Part shown: one piece after another, positions 45,486 through 55,740 of the stretch | Numbering within the stretch: position 1 is the stretch's first letter | Layout of the letters: every line of letters starts with the position of its first letter | Assembly (NCBI GenBank): GCA_013626165.1 | Contig: NDHX01000003.1 | Coordinates: 64,115-128,114 of the forward strand | DNA from: Candidatus Velesiimonas alkalicola | GTDB taxonomy: Bacteria; Omnitrophota; Gorgyraeia; Velesiimonadales; Velesiimonadaceae | Direction: 5' to 3' | DNA: 64,000 nucleotides | The notes under the pieces: model-generated | Database searches by the model: none | Seen by the model: the letters and a program-made list of their open reading frames with translations, nothing else | Told to the model about the DNA's origin: nothing | Translations under genes and position numbers: made by a program

Positions 45486-46046
45486 TTATACCAGTGCCAA
45501 TTCTTTTTCTTTTGCTGCAAGCATTGTGTCTATCTTTTCTACTGCCTTATCGGTAAGTTTCTGTATCTGTTCCTGATACTTAAAATAATCGTCCTCGGTA
45601 ATTCTGTCATCTTTCTGTAGTGCTTTAAAATTTTCCATTGCTGCTCTTCTTGCGTTTCTTAGGGAAACTCTCATTTCTTCGGCTATCTTTCGGGCAAGCC
45701 TCGTCATCTCATCTCTTCTTTCTTTTGTCAATTGTGGAATTGTAAGTTTTATTACTTTACCGTCATTCACAGGCGTAATACCAATATCTGATTTTAATAT
45801 TGCACGCTCAATATCAGATATTGAACTTATGTCCCATGGTTGAATAACTATAAGACGAGGGTCAGGGATATTTATTGCTGCAAGCTGTTTTAAGGATGTC
45901 AATGTTCCATGATAATCTACTTTTATATCGTCCACAAGAACCCTGCTTGCACGACCAGTTCTTACAGTTGCAAACTGTCGTGCAGTTTCTTCATCTGTTT
46001 TCCTCATTTTATCTTCAGTTTCACGAATAATACCTGCTGTATCCAT
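45486..46046 (-). CDS. frr: Ribosome recycling factor
   Basis: VRTGRA, IQPWD, PQLTKERR, VSLRNARR, IQKLTD. Confidence 0.96.
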   Translation of the reverse strand: MDTAGIIRETEDKMRKTDEETARQFATVRTGRASRVLVDDIKVDYHGTLTSLKQLAAINIPDPRLIVIQPWDISSISDIERAILKSDIGITPVNDGKVIKLTIPQLTKERRDEMTRLARKIAEEMRVSLRNARRAAMENFKALQKDDRITEDDYFKYQEQIQKLTDKAVEKIDTMLAAKEKELALV

Positions 46047-46120
46047 ACCGCCACACCTCCTTAATAAAAAACACCCCCATTATCCTCTTTATTAGGGAAG
46101 AATTATCCAAAGAGTAAAAT

Positions 46121-46837
46121 CTACTTCACAATTGTCCCTATATCTTCACCTAATATAATTTTTTTAATGTTGCCAGGGATAAAAAGATTAAAGACTATTA
46201 TTGGAAGATTGTTATCCATACAAAGGGATATCGCAGTTGCATCCATTACTTTTAATTCTTTTTTAAGTACATCTATATATGAAAGTTTTTTATATTTTTT
46301 GGCGGTTTTATCTTTCATAGGGTCGGCAGAATATACGCCATCTACCTTTGTTCCTTTTAGAATAACATCTGCATTGATTTCCATAGCTCTCAGTGCCGCT
46401 GTTGTATCAGTTGTAAAATATGGATTCCCGGTCCCCCCTCCGAATATAATAACACGGCTTTTTTGAAAATGACTTATTGCCTTTCTTCTTATATATGGCT
46501 CTGCAATCTGCTGGATATGTATAGAAGTCATAAGTCTTGTATCTAGACCTAACCTTTCCATAGAATCCTGTAACGCAAGTCCGTTTATTATTGTCGCAAG
46601 CATCCCCATATAGTCGGCTGTGGCTCTATCCATACCGTTTTGTTCTGCTACCTTACCTCTGAATATATTGCCGCCTCCTATAACAATTGAAACATCTACT
46701 CCAAGCGAGTGGACATTCTTAATCTGCTGTGAAATGGAATTAACAACCACAGGGTCTATACCAAATCCTTCCTCGCCCTGCAGAGCCTCTCCGCTTAATT
46801 TTAATACAACCCTTTTATAAACAGCCTTTTTGCCCAA
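46121..46837 (-). CDS. pyrH: UMP kinase
   Basis: [39 protein letters not shown]. Confidence 0.97.
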   Translation of the reverse strand: MGKKAVYKRVVLKLSGEALQGEEGFGIDPVVVNSISQQIKNVHSLGVDVSIVIGGGNIFRGKVAEQNGMDRATADYMGMLATIINGLALQDSMERLGLDTRLMTSIHIQQIAEPYIRRKAISHFQKSRVIIFGGGTGNPYFTTDTTAALRAMEINADVILKGTKVDGVYSADPMKDKTAKKYKKLSYIDVLKKELKVMDATAISLCMDNNLPIIVFNLFIPGNIKKIILGEDIGTIVK

Positions 46838-46855
46838 TACTGTTTCCTTCTTTCT

Positions 46856-47452
46856 TTACACTTCTTCTCCGACCTGAAATCGGACAAACCTTCTTATTAA
46901 AATGTTTTCTCCAATCTTTCCCACTATCTCACCAAGAAGGTCTTTTATTTTTTTATTTGGATCTTTTACGTATGGCTGCTCAAGAAGACACTTTTCCTCA
47001 TAAAACTTTTGCAATCTCCCTTCAATGATTTTATCTATAGCCACCGCCGGTTTATTCCCCGATATTTGTGCTTTCAGTATTTCTTTTTCCTTTTCACAAA
47101 CATCAGAAGGAATATCTTCTTTTTTTACATATAACGGAGCACTTGCTGCAACCTGTAAGGTTATATCCTTAACAAAGGACTGGAATTCCTCGTTCTTTGC
47201 GACAAAATCTGTTTCACAATTTATTTCTACAAGAACACCTAACTTACCATTGTGATGAATATATGATGCAACCATACCCTCTTTTGTTGTTCTTCCCGAC
47301 CTTTTAGCAACAAGAGCAATACCCTTCTTTCTTAATATTTCTATTGCAAGATTTATATCTCCTCTTGATTGGTCTAATGCCTGTCTGCAATCACCAACCC
47401 CTGCGCTTGTCTTAAAACGAAGCTCTCTGATCTGTTCCAGTGTATCTGCCAT
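46856..47452 (-). CDS. tsf: Elongation factor Ts (short form)
   Basis: ELRFKTSAGVGDC, LRKKG, EINCETDFVA, LLEQPYVKD. Confidence 0.96.
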   Translation of the reverse strand: MADTLEQIRELRFKTSAGVGDCRQALDQSRGDINLAIEILRKKGIALVAKRSGRTTKEGMVASYIHHNGKLGVLVEINCETDFVAKNEEFQSFVKDITLQVAASAPLYVKKEDIPSDVCEKEKEILKAQISGNKPAVAIDKIIEGRLQKFYEEKCLLEQPYVKDPNKKIKDLLGEIVGKIGENILIRRFVRFQVGEEV

Positions 47453-47478
47453 AATCTACGATATCCTCCTCGTTGTTT

Positions 47479-47547
47479 GAGCCCGTTGCACAACCACATT
47501 TCTACTCAGGTACCCTTTGGGTGTGTGAGCGGTTATGCAACAGACTT
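47479..47547. mobile_element. Approximately 70-bp MITE / IS scar between rpsB and tsf
   Basis: Imperfect TIRs GAGCCCGTTGCACAACC / GGTTATGCAACAGACTT, abutting the rpsB TAA. Confidence 0.6.
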
Positions 47548-48397
47548 ATATTTTTGTTTTATTTTTTCTGTCTTGTTTTTCTTTCCACCGATATGGGCTT
47601 TTCTTAAAAAAAGGCTTTTTTGCTTTTTCTTCTGTTATTTCTTCTTCAATGTTTGCACTGTGTTTTGTTTCTTCTATTGAAGATGATACTTCTTTTGCAG
47701 GGTGTGTTTCTTCAAAAACCCTTTTACCTTCTAATACTGCATCTGCAAAACATGATAGCAATGTTTTGACAGAACGCATTGCATCATCATTGCCCGGAAC
47801 AGGATATTTAATGGGCTCTGGATTAGCATTTGTATCAACAACTCCAACAACCGGGATACCTAAACTGTTTGCCTCTTTTACTGATAAAACTTCCTTGTTA
47901 ACATCAATAATACACAAAACAGATGGAAGCCTATTCATAGAAACAATACCACCCAGTGTTTTTTCTATCTTTTGTCTTATCCTAACAAATTTTAAAATCT
48001 CTTTTTTCGTATACTGATTTTTCCTTTCATCCGTCTCAATACCCTGCAAGTTGTTGTACTGCTTCATAGATTGACGAATAGTTTCGAAGTTTGTTAAAAG
48101 ACCGCCTGGCCAACGATTGCTTATATAAAATACGCCGCACCTTCCGGCCTCTTCCTCAACAATTTGTTTTATCTGTCTTTTAGTTCCGACAAAAAGTATG
48201 TCCTCCCCTTTCTCTGCTATACTTTTTAAAAAATTCATTGCAACTAAAAGTTTTTGATGCGTTTTTTGCAAATCTATAATATGGATACCTTCTCTTTCTC
48301 CAAAGATGTACTGTTGCATCTTTGGATTCCATCTTTTGGTCTGGTGCCCGAAATGAACCCCCGCTGCAAGTAATTCTTTTACTGTAATCTGTTCCAT
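47546..48397 (-). CDS. rpsB: 30S ribosomal protein S2
   Basis: LLAAGVHFGHQTKRWNPKM, FVGTK, RWPGGLLTN, VDTN, PGNDDA. Confidence 0.97.
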   Translation of the reverse strand: MEQITVKELLAAGVHFGHQTKRWNPKMQQYIFGEREGIHIIDLQKTHQKLLVAMNFLKSIAEKGEDILFVGTKRQIKQIVEEEAGRCGVFYISNRWPGGLLTNFETIRQSMKQYNNLQGIETDERKNQYTKKEILKFVRIRQKIEKTLGGIVSMNRLPSVLCIIDVNKEVLSVKEANSLGIPVVGVVDTNANPEPIKYPVPGNDDAMRSVKTLLSCFADAVLEGKRVFEETHPAKEVSSSIEETKHSANIEEEITEEKAKKPFFKKSPYRWKEKQDRKNKTKI

Positions 48398-48416
48398 CTG
48401 TTTTTAACCCTCTTTA

Positions 48417-48743
48417 TTATTGCTTTAAAATATCTTCTATCTTTCTTTTTATTTCACCTATATTAACAAGCCCGACACTTCTTGTAACTTCTTTGGAACT
48501 TTTAAAAAATATAAGTGTGGGAACTGACATTATACCATACCTTGATGCAAGTGTCTTGTTTTCATCAATATTTATTTTATATACATTTAACTTTCCTTCA
48601 AATTCTTTTGCCACCCGGTCTATTATAGGAGACATCATCTTACAGGGACCACACCAGGGGGCAAAAAAATCAATCAGCACCGGTGCCGAATTAGAGATAA
48701 CCGATTCAAAATTTGTTTCATTTAATTCTTTTACATCTGACAT
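48417..48743 (-). CDS. trxA: Thioredoxin
   Basis: DFFAPWCGPCK, IMSVPTL. Confidence 0.95.
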   Translation of the reverse strand: MSDVKELNETNFESVISNSAPVLIDFFAPWCGPCKMMSPIIDRVAKEFEGKLNVYKINIDENKTLASRYGIMSVPTLIFFKSSKEVTRSVGLVNIGEIKRKIEDILKQ

Positions 48744-48773
48744 ATATCCTCCTTGTCCTGTACAACAAGTTTT

Positions 48774-49589
48774 TTATGCAAAATTATTTACACTTATGTC
48801 CTGTGTGATGATATGCCGGGGACAGGCTTTGACACATTCTAAACATTCTGTGCATTTCTTATAATCAATTACAGCAAGATTATCTATAACATGTATTGCA
48901 TCAAATGAACAAACTTTTTCACATTTTTTGCAGGCAATACAACCGACAGAACAAACATGAACAACAACATTACCCCTGTCATGCGAGGAACATCTGACTT
49001 TTACATGCTTTTCCTTTAAAATAAGATGAACAACATTTTTGGGGCATATTTTTATACATTTCTGACAGGCTCTGCACTTATTCGTATCTATGATTGGAAG
49101 CCCTTCTTCTTTCATTTTTATGGCATTAAACGGACAAACCGTAACACAGGTACCTTTCCCAAGACAGGCAAACCTGCACTGTTTTTGTCCCCCTAAAAGC
49201 AAGGATGCGGCCCTGCAATCTTCTATTCCCTGATACTGCATCCTGTTTTTTGCATTTATTCCGCCATAACAAAAAAGCGCAGCAACCATCTGCTGTCGCT
49301 TTGTTCCAGTAGAGGGAAGCAATCCTAAAAATTCTGCAATCCGATTTACAACATCTTCTCCACCCGGAACACAGGAACTTGCATCTGCTTTTCCCTGAAG
49401 TATCGCCTCTGCAAGAGAATGACAACCTACAAAGCCGCAGGCACCACAGTTAGAGCCAGGAAGGATAGACATAATCCTCCCCAGCCTTATGTCTTCAGAT
49501 ATTAGAAGCCGCTGTGAAGCAATGGTAAGTCCGATCCCAAATAACAAACCGAGTGTTCCTATTGTTAGTATTGAAAAAACAATTATCAT
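48774..49589 (-). CDS. rnfB: Rnf electron transport complex subunit B
   Basis: N-terminal TM, LPGSNCGACGFVGC...CVPGG, several 4Fe-4S motifs. Confidence 0.93.
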   Translation of the reverse strand: MIIVFSILTIGTLGLLFGIGLTIASQRLLISEDIRLGRIMSILPGSNCGACGFVGCHSLAEAILQGKADASSCVPGGEDVVNRIAEFLGLLPSTGTKRQQMVAALFCYGGINAKNRMQYQGIEDCRAASLLLGGQKQCRFACLGKGTCVTVCPFNAIKMKEEGLPIIDTNKCRACQKCIKICPKNVVHLILKEKHVKVRCSSHDRGNVVVHVCSVGCIACKKCEKVCSFDAIHVIDNLAVIDYKKCTECLECVKACPRHIITQDISVNNFA

Positions 49590-50116
49590 TTTTCTACACT
49601 TTTTAAGAATTCTTCAACAGATTTTTTTACTGACTCAACAACCGCACGAGAAGATATTGTTGCGCCTGTTATGGCTTGGATATTATCAAGGCTTAATTCA
49701 CATATTTTTTTCCCATCAAACTGCCCAACAAACCATGCTTGAGTTATCCCTGCTCCAAGTCCGGGGGTCTCTTTATGCTCAAATATTCTTATATTAAATA
49801 TTATGCCATCTTTTGAAAATCCGACTAATATCTTAATGGGTCCTCTGAAACCACGCCCTTGAGCATATATTGCATATCCTATAGATTGTGCTGTTTCAGA
49901 AAATCCTTCAAAATATTGTTTTCCGAAAGAAGTGTTTTTCAATTGATATGAATGAGCGCCCGGAAGAATTGATAAAATCATAGCCTTTTCCCTTGCCTTT
50001 TGGTTTGATATAACGGTCTGGATTGTTATAACCTGCGTAAGTGCAAGTGACCCTGATGCAATAATAGATATGATAAAAAGTATTATCACCGGCTTGTATT
50101 CTCTAAATATTTTCAT
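49586..50116 (-). CDS. rnfG: Rnf complex subunit G
   Basis: TM anchor, GFRGPI, HKETPGLGA, AITGATISS covalent FMN site. Confidence 0.93.
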   Translation of the reverse strand: MKIFREYKPVIILFIISIIASGSLALTQVITIQTVISNQKAREKAMILSILPGAHSYQLKNTSFGKQYFEGFSETAQSIGYAIYAQGRGFRGPIKILVGFSKDGIIFNIRIFEHKETPGLGAGITQAWFVGQFDGKKICELSLDNIQAITGATISSRAVVESVKKSVEEFLKSVEK

Positions 50117-51075
50117 AACGCCATCTTTCTTTTGATTGTGCCAAACACTCTGTCTTGCGTTAGACGGTCAATCAACGGGACAAGACAATTCATAAGAAGT
50201 ATTGAGTATGCAACACCTTCAGGAAAACCACCAAATTCACGAATAATAAATGTTATAAACCCGCATCCAAAACCAAAAATAATCTTGCCCCGCTCTGTAA
50301 GAGGACTTGTTACATAATCCGTTGCCATAAATATTGCACCCAATATTACTCCACCTGCCATTAGATAAAATAAAGGATTCATTTTAAATATTTCATCACC
50401 TGCAAATAACCAACCCAAAATTCCCAGAGTAAAAATAAATGTTACCGGTATATGCCAGGTGATGATATTTTTATATACAAGGAATATACCCCCAAGGGCA
50501 AGAAGTATTATTGCAGTTTCACCGATACAGCCGGCTCTGTTTCCCACTAACATATCAAAAATGTTCGGGATGGGTTTTTGTAAGTTCAATTTTTCTATGG
50601 CAAGCGGTGTTGCAGAAGATATCGCATCAAGCGAAAAAGGGCTAACCCATGAGGTCATCTGCTTTGGCCAAGAGGTTAATAAAAAAACTCTTCCAGCAAG
50701 AGCGGGATTAAATATATTACAACCTAATCCTCCAAATGCCTGTTTGGCAATTGCAATAGCAAAAAAAGAACCCACAGCAGCCATCCAGACTGGAAGAGAA
50801 GCAGGCAAACTAAAGGAAAGCAAAAGTCCTGTTAAGATAGTGCTTCCATCTGAAATTGTTATGGGGACTTTTCTTATTTTTTGTATCACTGCTTCTGTTA
50901 AAATACAAACAACTGTGCAGGTTAACATCAATATCAGTGCATTAAAACGAAAATACCATACCCCTGCAATCCCAGCAGGAATAAGTGCGGCAATAACAGT
51001 AAACATTATACCTTGCACACTTGCACCTGAGTGTATGTGCGGAGATGATTTCACATAAAAAGATTTTTCCTTCAT
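50113..51075 (-). CDS. rnfD: Rnf complex subunit D
   Basis: SSPHIH, KQAFGGLGCNIFNPA, ISSATPL FMN site, GCIGET, FMATDYVTSP, PEGVAYSIL; start likely ATG 51075. Confidence 0.94.
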   Translation of the reverse strand: MKEKSFYVKSSPHIHSGASVQGIMFTVIAALIPAGIAGVWYFRFNALILMLTCTVVCILTEAVIQKIRKVPITISDGSTILTGLLLSFSLPASLPVWMAAVGSFFAIAIAKQAFGGLGCNIFNPALAGRVFLLTSWPKQMTSWVSPFSLDAISSATPLAIEKLNLQKPIPNIFDMLVGNRAGCIGETAIILLALGGIFLVYKNIITWHIPVTFIFTLGILGWLFAGDEIFKMNPLFYLMAGGVILGAIFMATDYVTSPLTERGKIIFGFGCGFITFIIREFGGFPEGVAYSILLMNCLVPLIDRLTQDRVFGTIKRKMAL

Positions 51076-52379
51076 TTCTTGTCTCTTAAAAGCATTTTCC
51101 CGAACTTGAGCCAGTGCACAAGTGGGATATGTGAAGGACAAACAAAATCGCAACACCCGCACTCTATGCAATCTATTACATTGTACCTTTTTGCCAGATC
51201 AAGGTTTTCTTTTTTTATAAAACCTGCAAGAAGTGTAGGAGATAACATTATAGGGCAGGACCTTATACAACGGCCACATCTTATACACCGCATTTCTTCT
51301 TGTTGATGCACATCTTCTTTTGTAAGAACAAGAATTGCCGATGTTCCTTTTATAACAGGCGTGTCCATTGTATGCTGGGCAATCCCCATCATAGGACCAC
51401 CGCTTACAATTGAGTATGCATCTTCGGTTAATCCTCCACACTGTTCTATGCAATCCTTAAATGTTGTTCCTATTCTTACTCTTAAATTAGAAGGATTTTT
51501 AACTCCCTTTCCGGTTACCGTAACAATTCTTTCATAAAGAGGTTTCCCCTCATCCAGTGCCTGATGAACCGCAAAACAGGTTCCGACATTCTGCACCACA
51601 ACGCCCACATCCATTGGAAGCCCGCCCCCCGAGGGTACCTCTTTTCCTGTGAGTGCAAATATCACCTGTTTTTCCGCTCCCTGTGGATACATAACAGGAA
51701 GAACCTTTACCTGTATATCCAGCCCGTCGAAAGAGATGTTTTTTGACATAGAGTCTAAACATTCTTTTTTATCGTCTTCTATTGCAAGAATCGCTTTATT
51801 TACACCCAATGCTTTTGCCATCCATCGGACACCTTTCCATATCTGCTTGGGGTTTTCAAGCATTAGCCTGTAATCTGATGTAATATATGGCTCACATTCG
51901 GCACCATTTATTATGAGAACCTCTATTTTTTTTTCATGCGGTGGACTTAATTTTACATGCGTAGGAAAACCCGCTCCTCCCATACCGACAACACCTGCCT
52001 GCTGTATCCTTTTTCTTATTGTATGAACATCAGAGGTCTGAAAATTAGATTTTTCAAATTTTTCAGATTCTTCTTTCCCGTCATTTTCAATCCATACGCC
52101 ATCATAACAGTCAAAGACAGGATGATTCCATTTTTCTATTTTTAATACCTTCCCGGATATGCTTGAATGAATACTTGCGCCCACAAACTTATCGCACCTG
52201 CCTATTGTGGTTCCTTTTTTTACAGAGTCTGCCACCTGCACAACATTTTCACAAGGGACACCCATATGCTGAACAAGGGGTATAAATACCTTTGATGGAA
52301 TTTGAGCGTTCTTTATCTGTAAAGATCTTGTTAATTCTTTATTTGTTTTAAGGTGCACACCGCCACGAAAATAAGACAA
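51072..52379 (-). CDS. rnfC: Rnf complex subunit C
   Basis: FRGGVH, GMGGAGFPTHVK, NGAECEPY, YPQGAEK, GGPMMG, CIRCGRC, CIECGCC. Confidence 0.95.
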   Translation of the reverse strand: MSYFRGGVHLKTNKELTRSLQIKNAQIPSKVFIPLVQHMGVPCENVVQVADSVKKGTTIGRCDKFVGASIHSSISGKVLKIEKWNHPVFDCYDGVWIENDGKEESEKFEKSNFQTSDVHTIRKRIQQAGVVGMGGAGFPTHVKLSPPHEKKIEVLIINGAECEPYITSDYRLMLENPKQIWKGVRWMAKALGVNKAILAIEDDKKECLDSMSKNISFDGLDIQVKVLPVMYPQGAEKQVIFALTGKEVPSGGGLPMDVGVVVQNVGTCFAVHQALDEGKPLYERIVTVTGKGVKNPSNLRVRIGTTFKDCIEQCGGLTEDAYSIVSGGPMMGIAQHTMDTPVIKGTSAILVLTKEDVHQQEEMRCIRCGRCIRSCPIMLSPTLLAGFIKKENLDLAKRYNVIDCIECGCCDFVCPSHIPLVHWLKFGKMLLRDKK

Positions 52380-52399
52380 TCCTACCTCCGTTACATCCG

Positions 52400-53398
52400 T
52401 TATCTTTCAACGATTGTTTCTTCTACCTGGATACCAAAATGCCTTCCGGATTTTTCTATATATACAAGCACATTATCACCCGGTTTTAATTTTGTCACCG
52501 ATACAGGTTCTCCGCTCTCACAGGTAAGATTAATTGTTTCGGCATTCTGAAGGATAAGGGATATTGGGCTTTCTAATACTTTTGCTTCAATAAGAAGCAT
52601 AGGCCTTGTTTCTATCTTTATTCTTCCCACAGATGCGAGCCTGTTTTTTCCCTTATAATCAACAATTAAAACCTCATCGCCTGATTTTAGTTCGGAAAGA
52701 TACATTGTTTTACCCCAAGAGGTTATACAATATGCATGCACACCACCTGCATTGACACGGAAAGGACGGGAAGCCACATATGGATTCTCTTCTGTTTCAG
52801 CATGGACAAGAAAAAAACCTGATGAGGTATTGCCCACAAGTATTCCCTCGCCTTTTTTCATTATGGAGGTTGTGTCTATACAAACCCTGTCTCCTATACC
52901 AATGGCACGGGTAGATACAACCTGGGCCTTTTGAATCTGTAAAGAAGGTGAGATCTGTTTGATAAAAGAAATTGTCTTTTTTATTTCTCCTATATCAGAA
53001 TTCACAAGAACAATCCCGGCAACCCCTTTTTCAAGGATGTGAAGACAAAGCCTTGCCTGTTCAAAATCCTTAACTTCTGCAAATATGGATTCAGACCGGG
53101 CAACAAGATTTTCAAGGGGTATAACTGTCCAATCCGGAGTGCTTACAATTACAGTTTTTGTCCTGGAAAGTGTTAGTGCCTTTTTTTCATCTTCTTTGCT
53201 ATCAATCACAACCCTTTCAACATCCACATCAGGCTTTAAATCTCCGTCAGAAGAGATAACCTGTATTTTCCCTAATTCTCTGACTTTTTGAGTATAGCCA
53301 CAGGGGAGCACTACGGCATCTGCTCCTGATTCAAGGCTTGCAATAACAGCATCCTTATCCCACTTTTCAATTTTTATCCATACTTTTTTTTGTTGCAT
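52400..53398 (-). CDS. 3-dehydroquinate synthase II (archaeal-type AroB')
   Basis: [62 protein letters not shown]; start likely ATG 53398. Confidence 0.92.
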   Translation of the reverse strand: MQQKKVWIKIEKWDKDAVIASLESGADAVVLPCGYTQKVRELGKIQVISSDGDLKPDVDVERVVIDSKEDEKKALTLSRTKTVIVSTPDWTVIPLENLVARSESIFAEVKDFEQARLCLHILEKGVAGIVLVNSDIGEIKKTISFIKQISPSLQIQKAQVVSTRAIGIGDRVCIDTTSIMKKGEGILVGNTSSGFFLVHAETEENPYVASRPFRVNAGGVHAYCITSWGKTMYLSELKSGDEVLIVDYKGKNRLASVGRIKIETRPMLLIEAKVLESPISLILQNAETINLTCESGEPVSVTKLKPGDNVLVYIEKSGRHFGIQVEETIVER

Positions 53399-53410
53399 AT
53401 AACCCTTTAA

Positions 53411-53494
53411 CCCTGATTCCACAGATTAAAAAGCAGATTACACAGATTAACCAGGTCTTTAATCTGTGTAATCTTTTCAAAATCTGTGTAATCA
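53411..53494. repeat. CACAGATT-type palindromic element, copy 1
   Basis: CCCTGATTCCACAGATTAAAAAGCAGATTACACAGATT...AATCTGTGTAATC...AATCTGTGTAATCA; second copy at 60507-60596. Confidence 0.8.
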
Positions 53495-53538
53495 ATAAAA
53501 CGCAAGTATTTAATGCGTTTTATATTGTGGACCATCCC

Positions 53539-54333
53539 CTATTCTTTTAACATCTTTAATGCATCTTTTATCGGCAGATTTTTATGGACCATCTGTCCTA
53601 TTACCTGGACGATTTTTGTCGGGTCTTTATGCTGAAATGTGTTCCTGCCTATTGAAACACCTGCACCACCTGCAATAAGACTTCCATCTATCATTTTCAA
53701 TAACTGCTCATCCGTTTCAACCTTTTCACCTCCTGCAATCACAACAGGTACCGGGCATCCCTCTACAACCTCCTTAAAACTTTCAGGACTTCCTGTGTAA
53801 TTTATCTTTACAATATCAGCCCCCAATTCTGAACCCACGCGGGCAGCGTGTCGGACATATTTAACCTCAAACTCACTTGTAATCTTTTTCCCTCTTGTGT
53901 ACACCATTGCAATGAGTGGTATCCCAAACCTCTGACAATCTTTTGCAACCGCCCCAAACTGTGCAAGCATGTGTGGTTCTGTGCTTGCACCTAAATTTAT
54001 ATGAATAGATACTGCATCGCCACCAAGAAATATTGCCTCTTCAACACTGCAAACCAGTGTTTTTGAATTTGGGTCAGGTGAAAGAGAAGTGCTTGCAGAA
54101 AGATGTATAATAAGTCCTATATCTTTTCCGGAACCTCTGTGCCCTGCTCTTACAACGCCTTTATGAACAATAACCGCATTTGCACCGCCATCTGCTATCC
54201 TGTCTATGGTTTGTTTCATATTTACAATACCTGAGATAGGCCCAAGTGTAACACCATGATCCATAGGAACAATAACTGTTCTGCCTGAAACCCTGTTCAT
54301 AATCCGTTCTAACCTTATCATTTTTCCTACCAT
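53539..54333 (-). CDS. 2-amino-3,7-dideoxy-D-threo-hept-6-ulosonate synthase (AroA', DhnA-type aldolase)
   Basis: [52 protein letters not shown]; adjacent to aroB'; ATG 54333 after GGAGG. Confidence 0.9.
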   Translation of the reverse strand: MVGKMIRLERIMNRVSGRTVIVPMDHGVTLGPISGIVNMKQTIDRIADGGANAVIVHKGVVRAGHRGSGKDIGLIIHLSASTSLSPDPNSKTLVCSVEEAIFLGGDAVSIHINLGASTEPHMLAQFGAVAKDCQRFGIPLIAMVYTRGKKITSEFEVKYVRHAARVGSELGADIVKINYTGSPESFKEVVEGCPVPVVIAGGEKVETDEQLLKMIDGSLIAGGAGVSIGRNTFQHKDPTKIVQVIGQMVHKNLPIKDALKMLKE

Positions 54334-54637
54334 TTTAACCTCCCTGCTTGCCGTCCGTCTCAACCTTAATTTTTTACCTTTACCCCTTATGCCTGTCATC
54401 AAATTCCAAGTTCCAAGAAACACACCCAAAAGGTACCAGAAATCCCAAACAAACATAAATTTCCACATTAAAAATTCAAACCATAATCCACCCACCCTTT
54501 TTTACAAAAAGAGGGAGGAAATTTTTACCTCTTTCGGGGACACCCTCTGGGGTGAGGATAGAGAGATTTTTTCCTCTCTTTTAAAAGAGAGGTTAGGAGA
54601 GATTATGTTTTCCCTGTTACCAGTTACCAGTCAGCTG

Positions 54638-55738
54638 TCATCTGTTTTTTATGAACTCTTCTAAATATTTTATGAATAGTCTATTTTCTTGTTGAAGCCC
54701 CACTGTAATTCTTATACAGTTTTCAAGCCCCCAACCTGACATATCCCTTACAATTATTCCTTTTTTAAGAAGAAAATCATAAACCTCTTTCCCCTGAAAA
54801 TCAAATATTAAAAGTATAAAATTTGTCTGGCTTTGGACAAACCTGATATTCAGCCTTTCAAGTTCTTTATAAAGATAAGACTTTTGTTCAGATATAAACT
54901 TTCTTACTTTTTGGACATATTTTTTATCTTTTAAAGATTCTGTTGCCCCTATCTGGGCAAGGTTGTTCACATTGAATGGCTCTCTTACTCTGTTTAATAC
55001 ATCTGTAATATCAGGATCAGATATTGCATAACCAATTCTTATTCCTGCAAGGCTATAGATTTTTGAAAATGTCCTCATTACTATGATAGGGTATGATCTT
55101 ACCATATCAACGGTCTTAAAAGGATAGTCCTTTGCGCATACAAACTCCCTGTATGCCTCATCTAAAACAACAATTATACTGTTTGGAATTTTTTTTAAAA
55201 AACCTTTTAGTTCCTTTTCAGTAATATAACTTCCGGTCGGATTGTCGGGGTTCGCAATAAATATAATTTTTGTCTTATCTGTTGCCGCACCTGCCATAGA
55301 AGGCAAATCATATCTATAGTTTTTAAGAGGGACAAATTTCAGTTTTGCCCCCTGAATAAGACTTGCTATTTTATAAACAAGAAATGTAGGCTCTGCAATT
55401 ATTACCTCTTCGTCTTTTTTTAAGAAACCCATCAATGTAAGAACAAGAATTTCATCCGAACCATTGCCGAATGTAAACATATTACCGGGAACTTTAAGAG
55501 TTTTTGAAAGTGCCAATCTTAAATAATAACAATCCCCGTCAGGATAGCGATTGATTGAAGATAATCCTTGTTCTAATGCCCTTAAAACATTTTTAGGGGG
55601 AAGAAAAGGGCTTTCATTTGAGGCAATCTTTATAACATTCTTTAAACCCATCTCCCTTTTTAATTCATCAATGGGCTTCCCCCCCTTATACGGCTTACAG
55701 GCAAGAACATTTTCTTTTGCAATCTTTTTTATATCCAT
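54638..55738 (-). CDS. hisC: Histidinol-phosphate aminotransferase
   Basis: KIASNESP, GNGSDE, ANPDNPTG, LDEAY, RTFSKIYSLAGIRIGY. Confidence 0.93.
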   Translation of the reverse strand: MDIKKIAKENVLACKPYKGGKPIDELKREMGLKNVIKIASNESPFLPPKNVLRALEQGLSSINRYPDGDCYYLRLALSKTLKVPGNMFTFGNGSDEILVLTLMGFLKKDEEVIIAEPTFLVYKIASLIQGAKLKFVPLKNYRYDLPSMAGAATDKTKIIFIANPDNPTGSYITEKELKGFLKKIPNSIIVVLDEAYREFVCAKDYPFKTVDMVRSYPIIVMRTFSKIYSLAGIRIGYAISDPDITDVLNRVREPFNVNNLAQIGATESLKDKKYVQKVRKFISEQKSYLYKELERLNIRFVQSQTNFILLIFDFQGKEVYDFLLKKGIIVRDMSGWGLENCIRITVGLQQENRLFIKYLEEFIKNR

Positions 55739-55740
55739 TC

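Noticed and set aside
54480-54606. Stem-loop-rich leader upstream of aroA' as an attenuator or T-box
   Set aside because: No leader peptide or T-box motif seen; looks like degenerate CCCTTT...AAAGAGGG repeats
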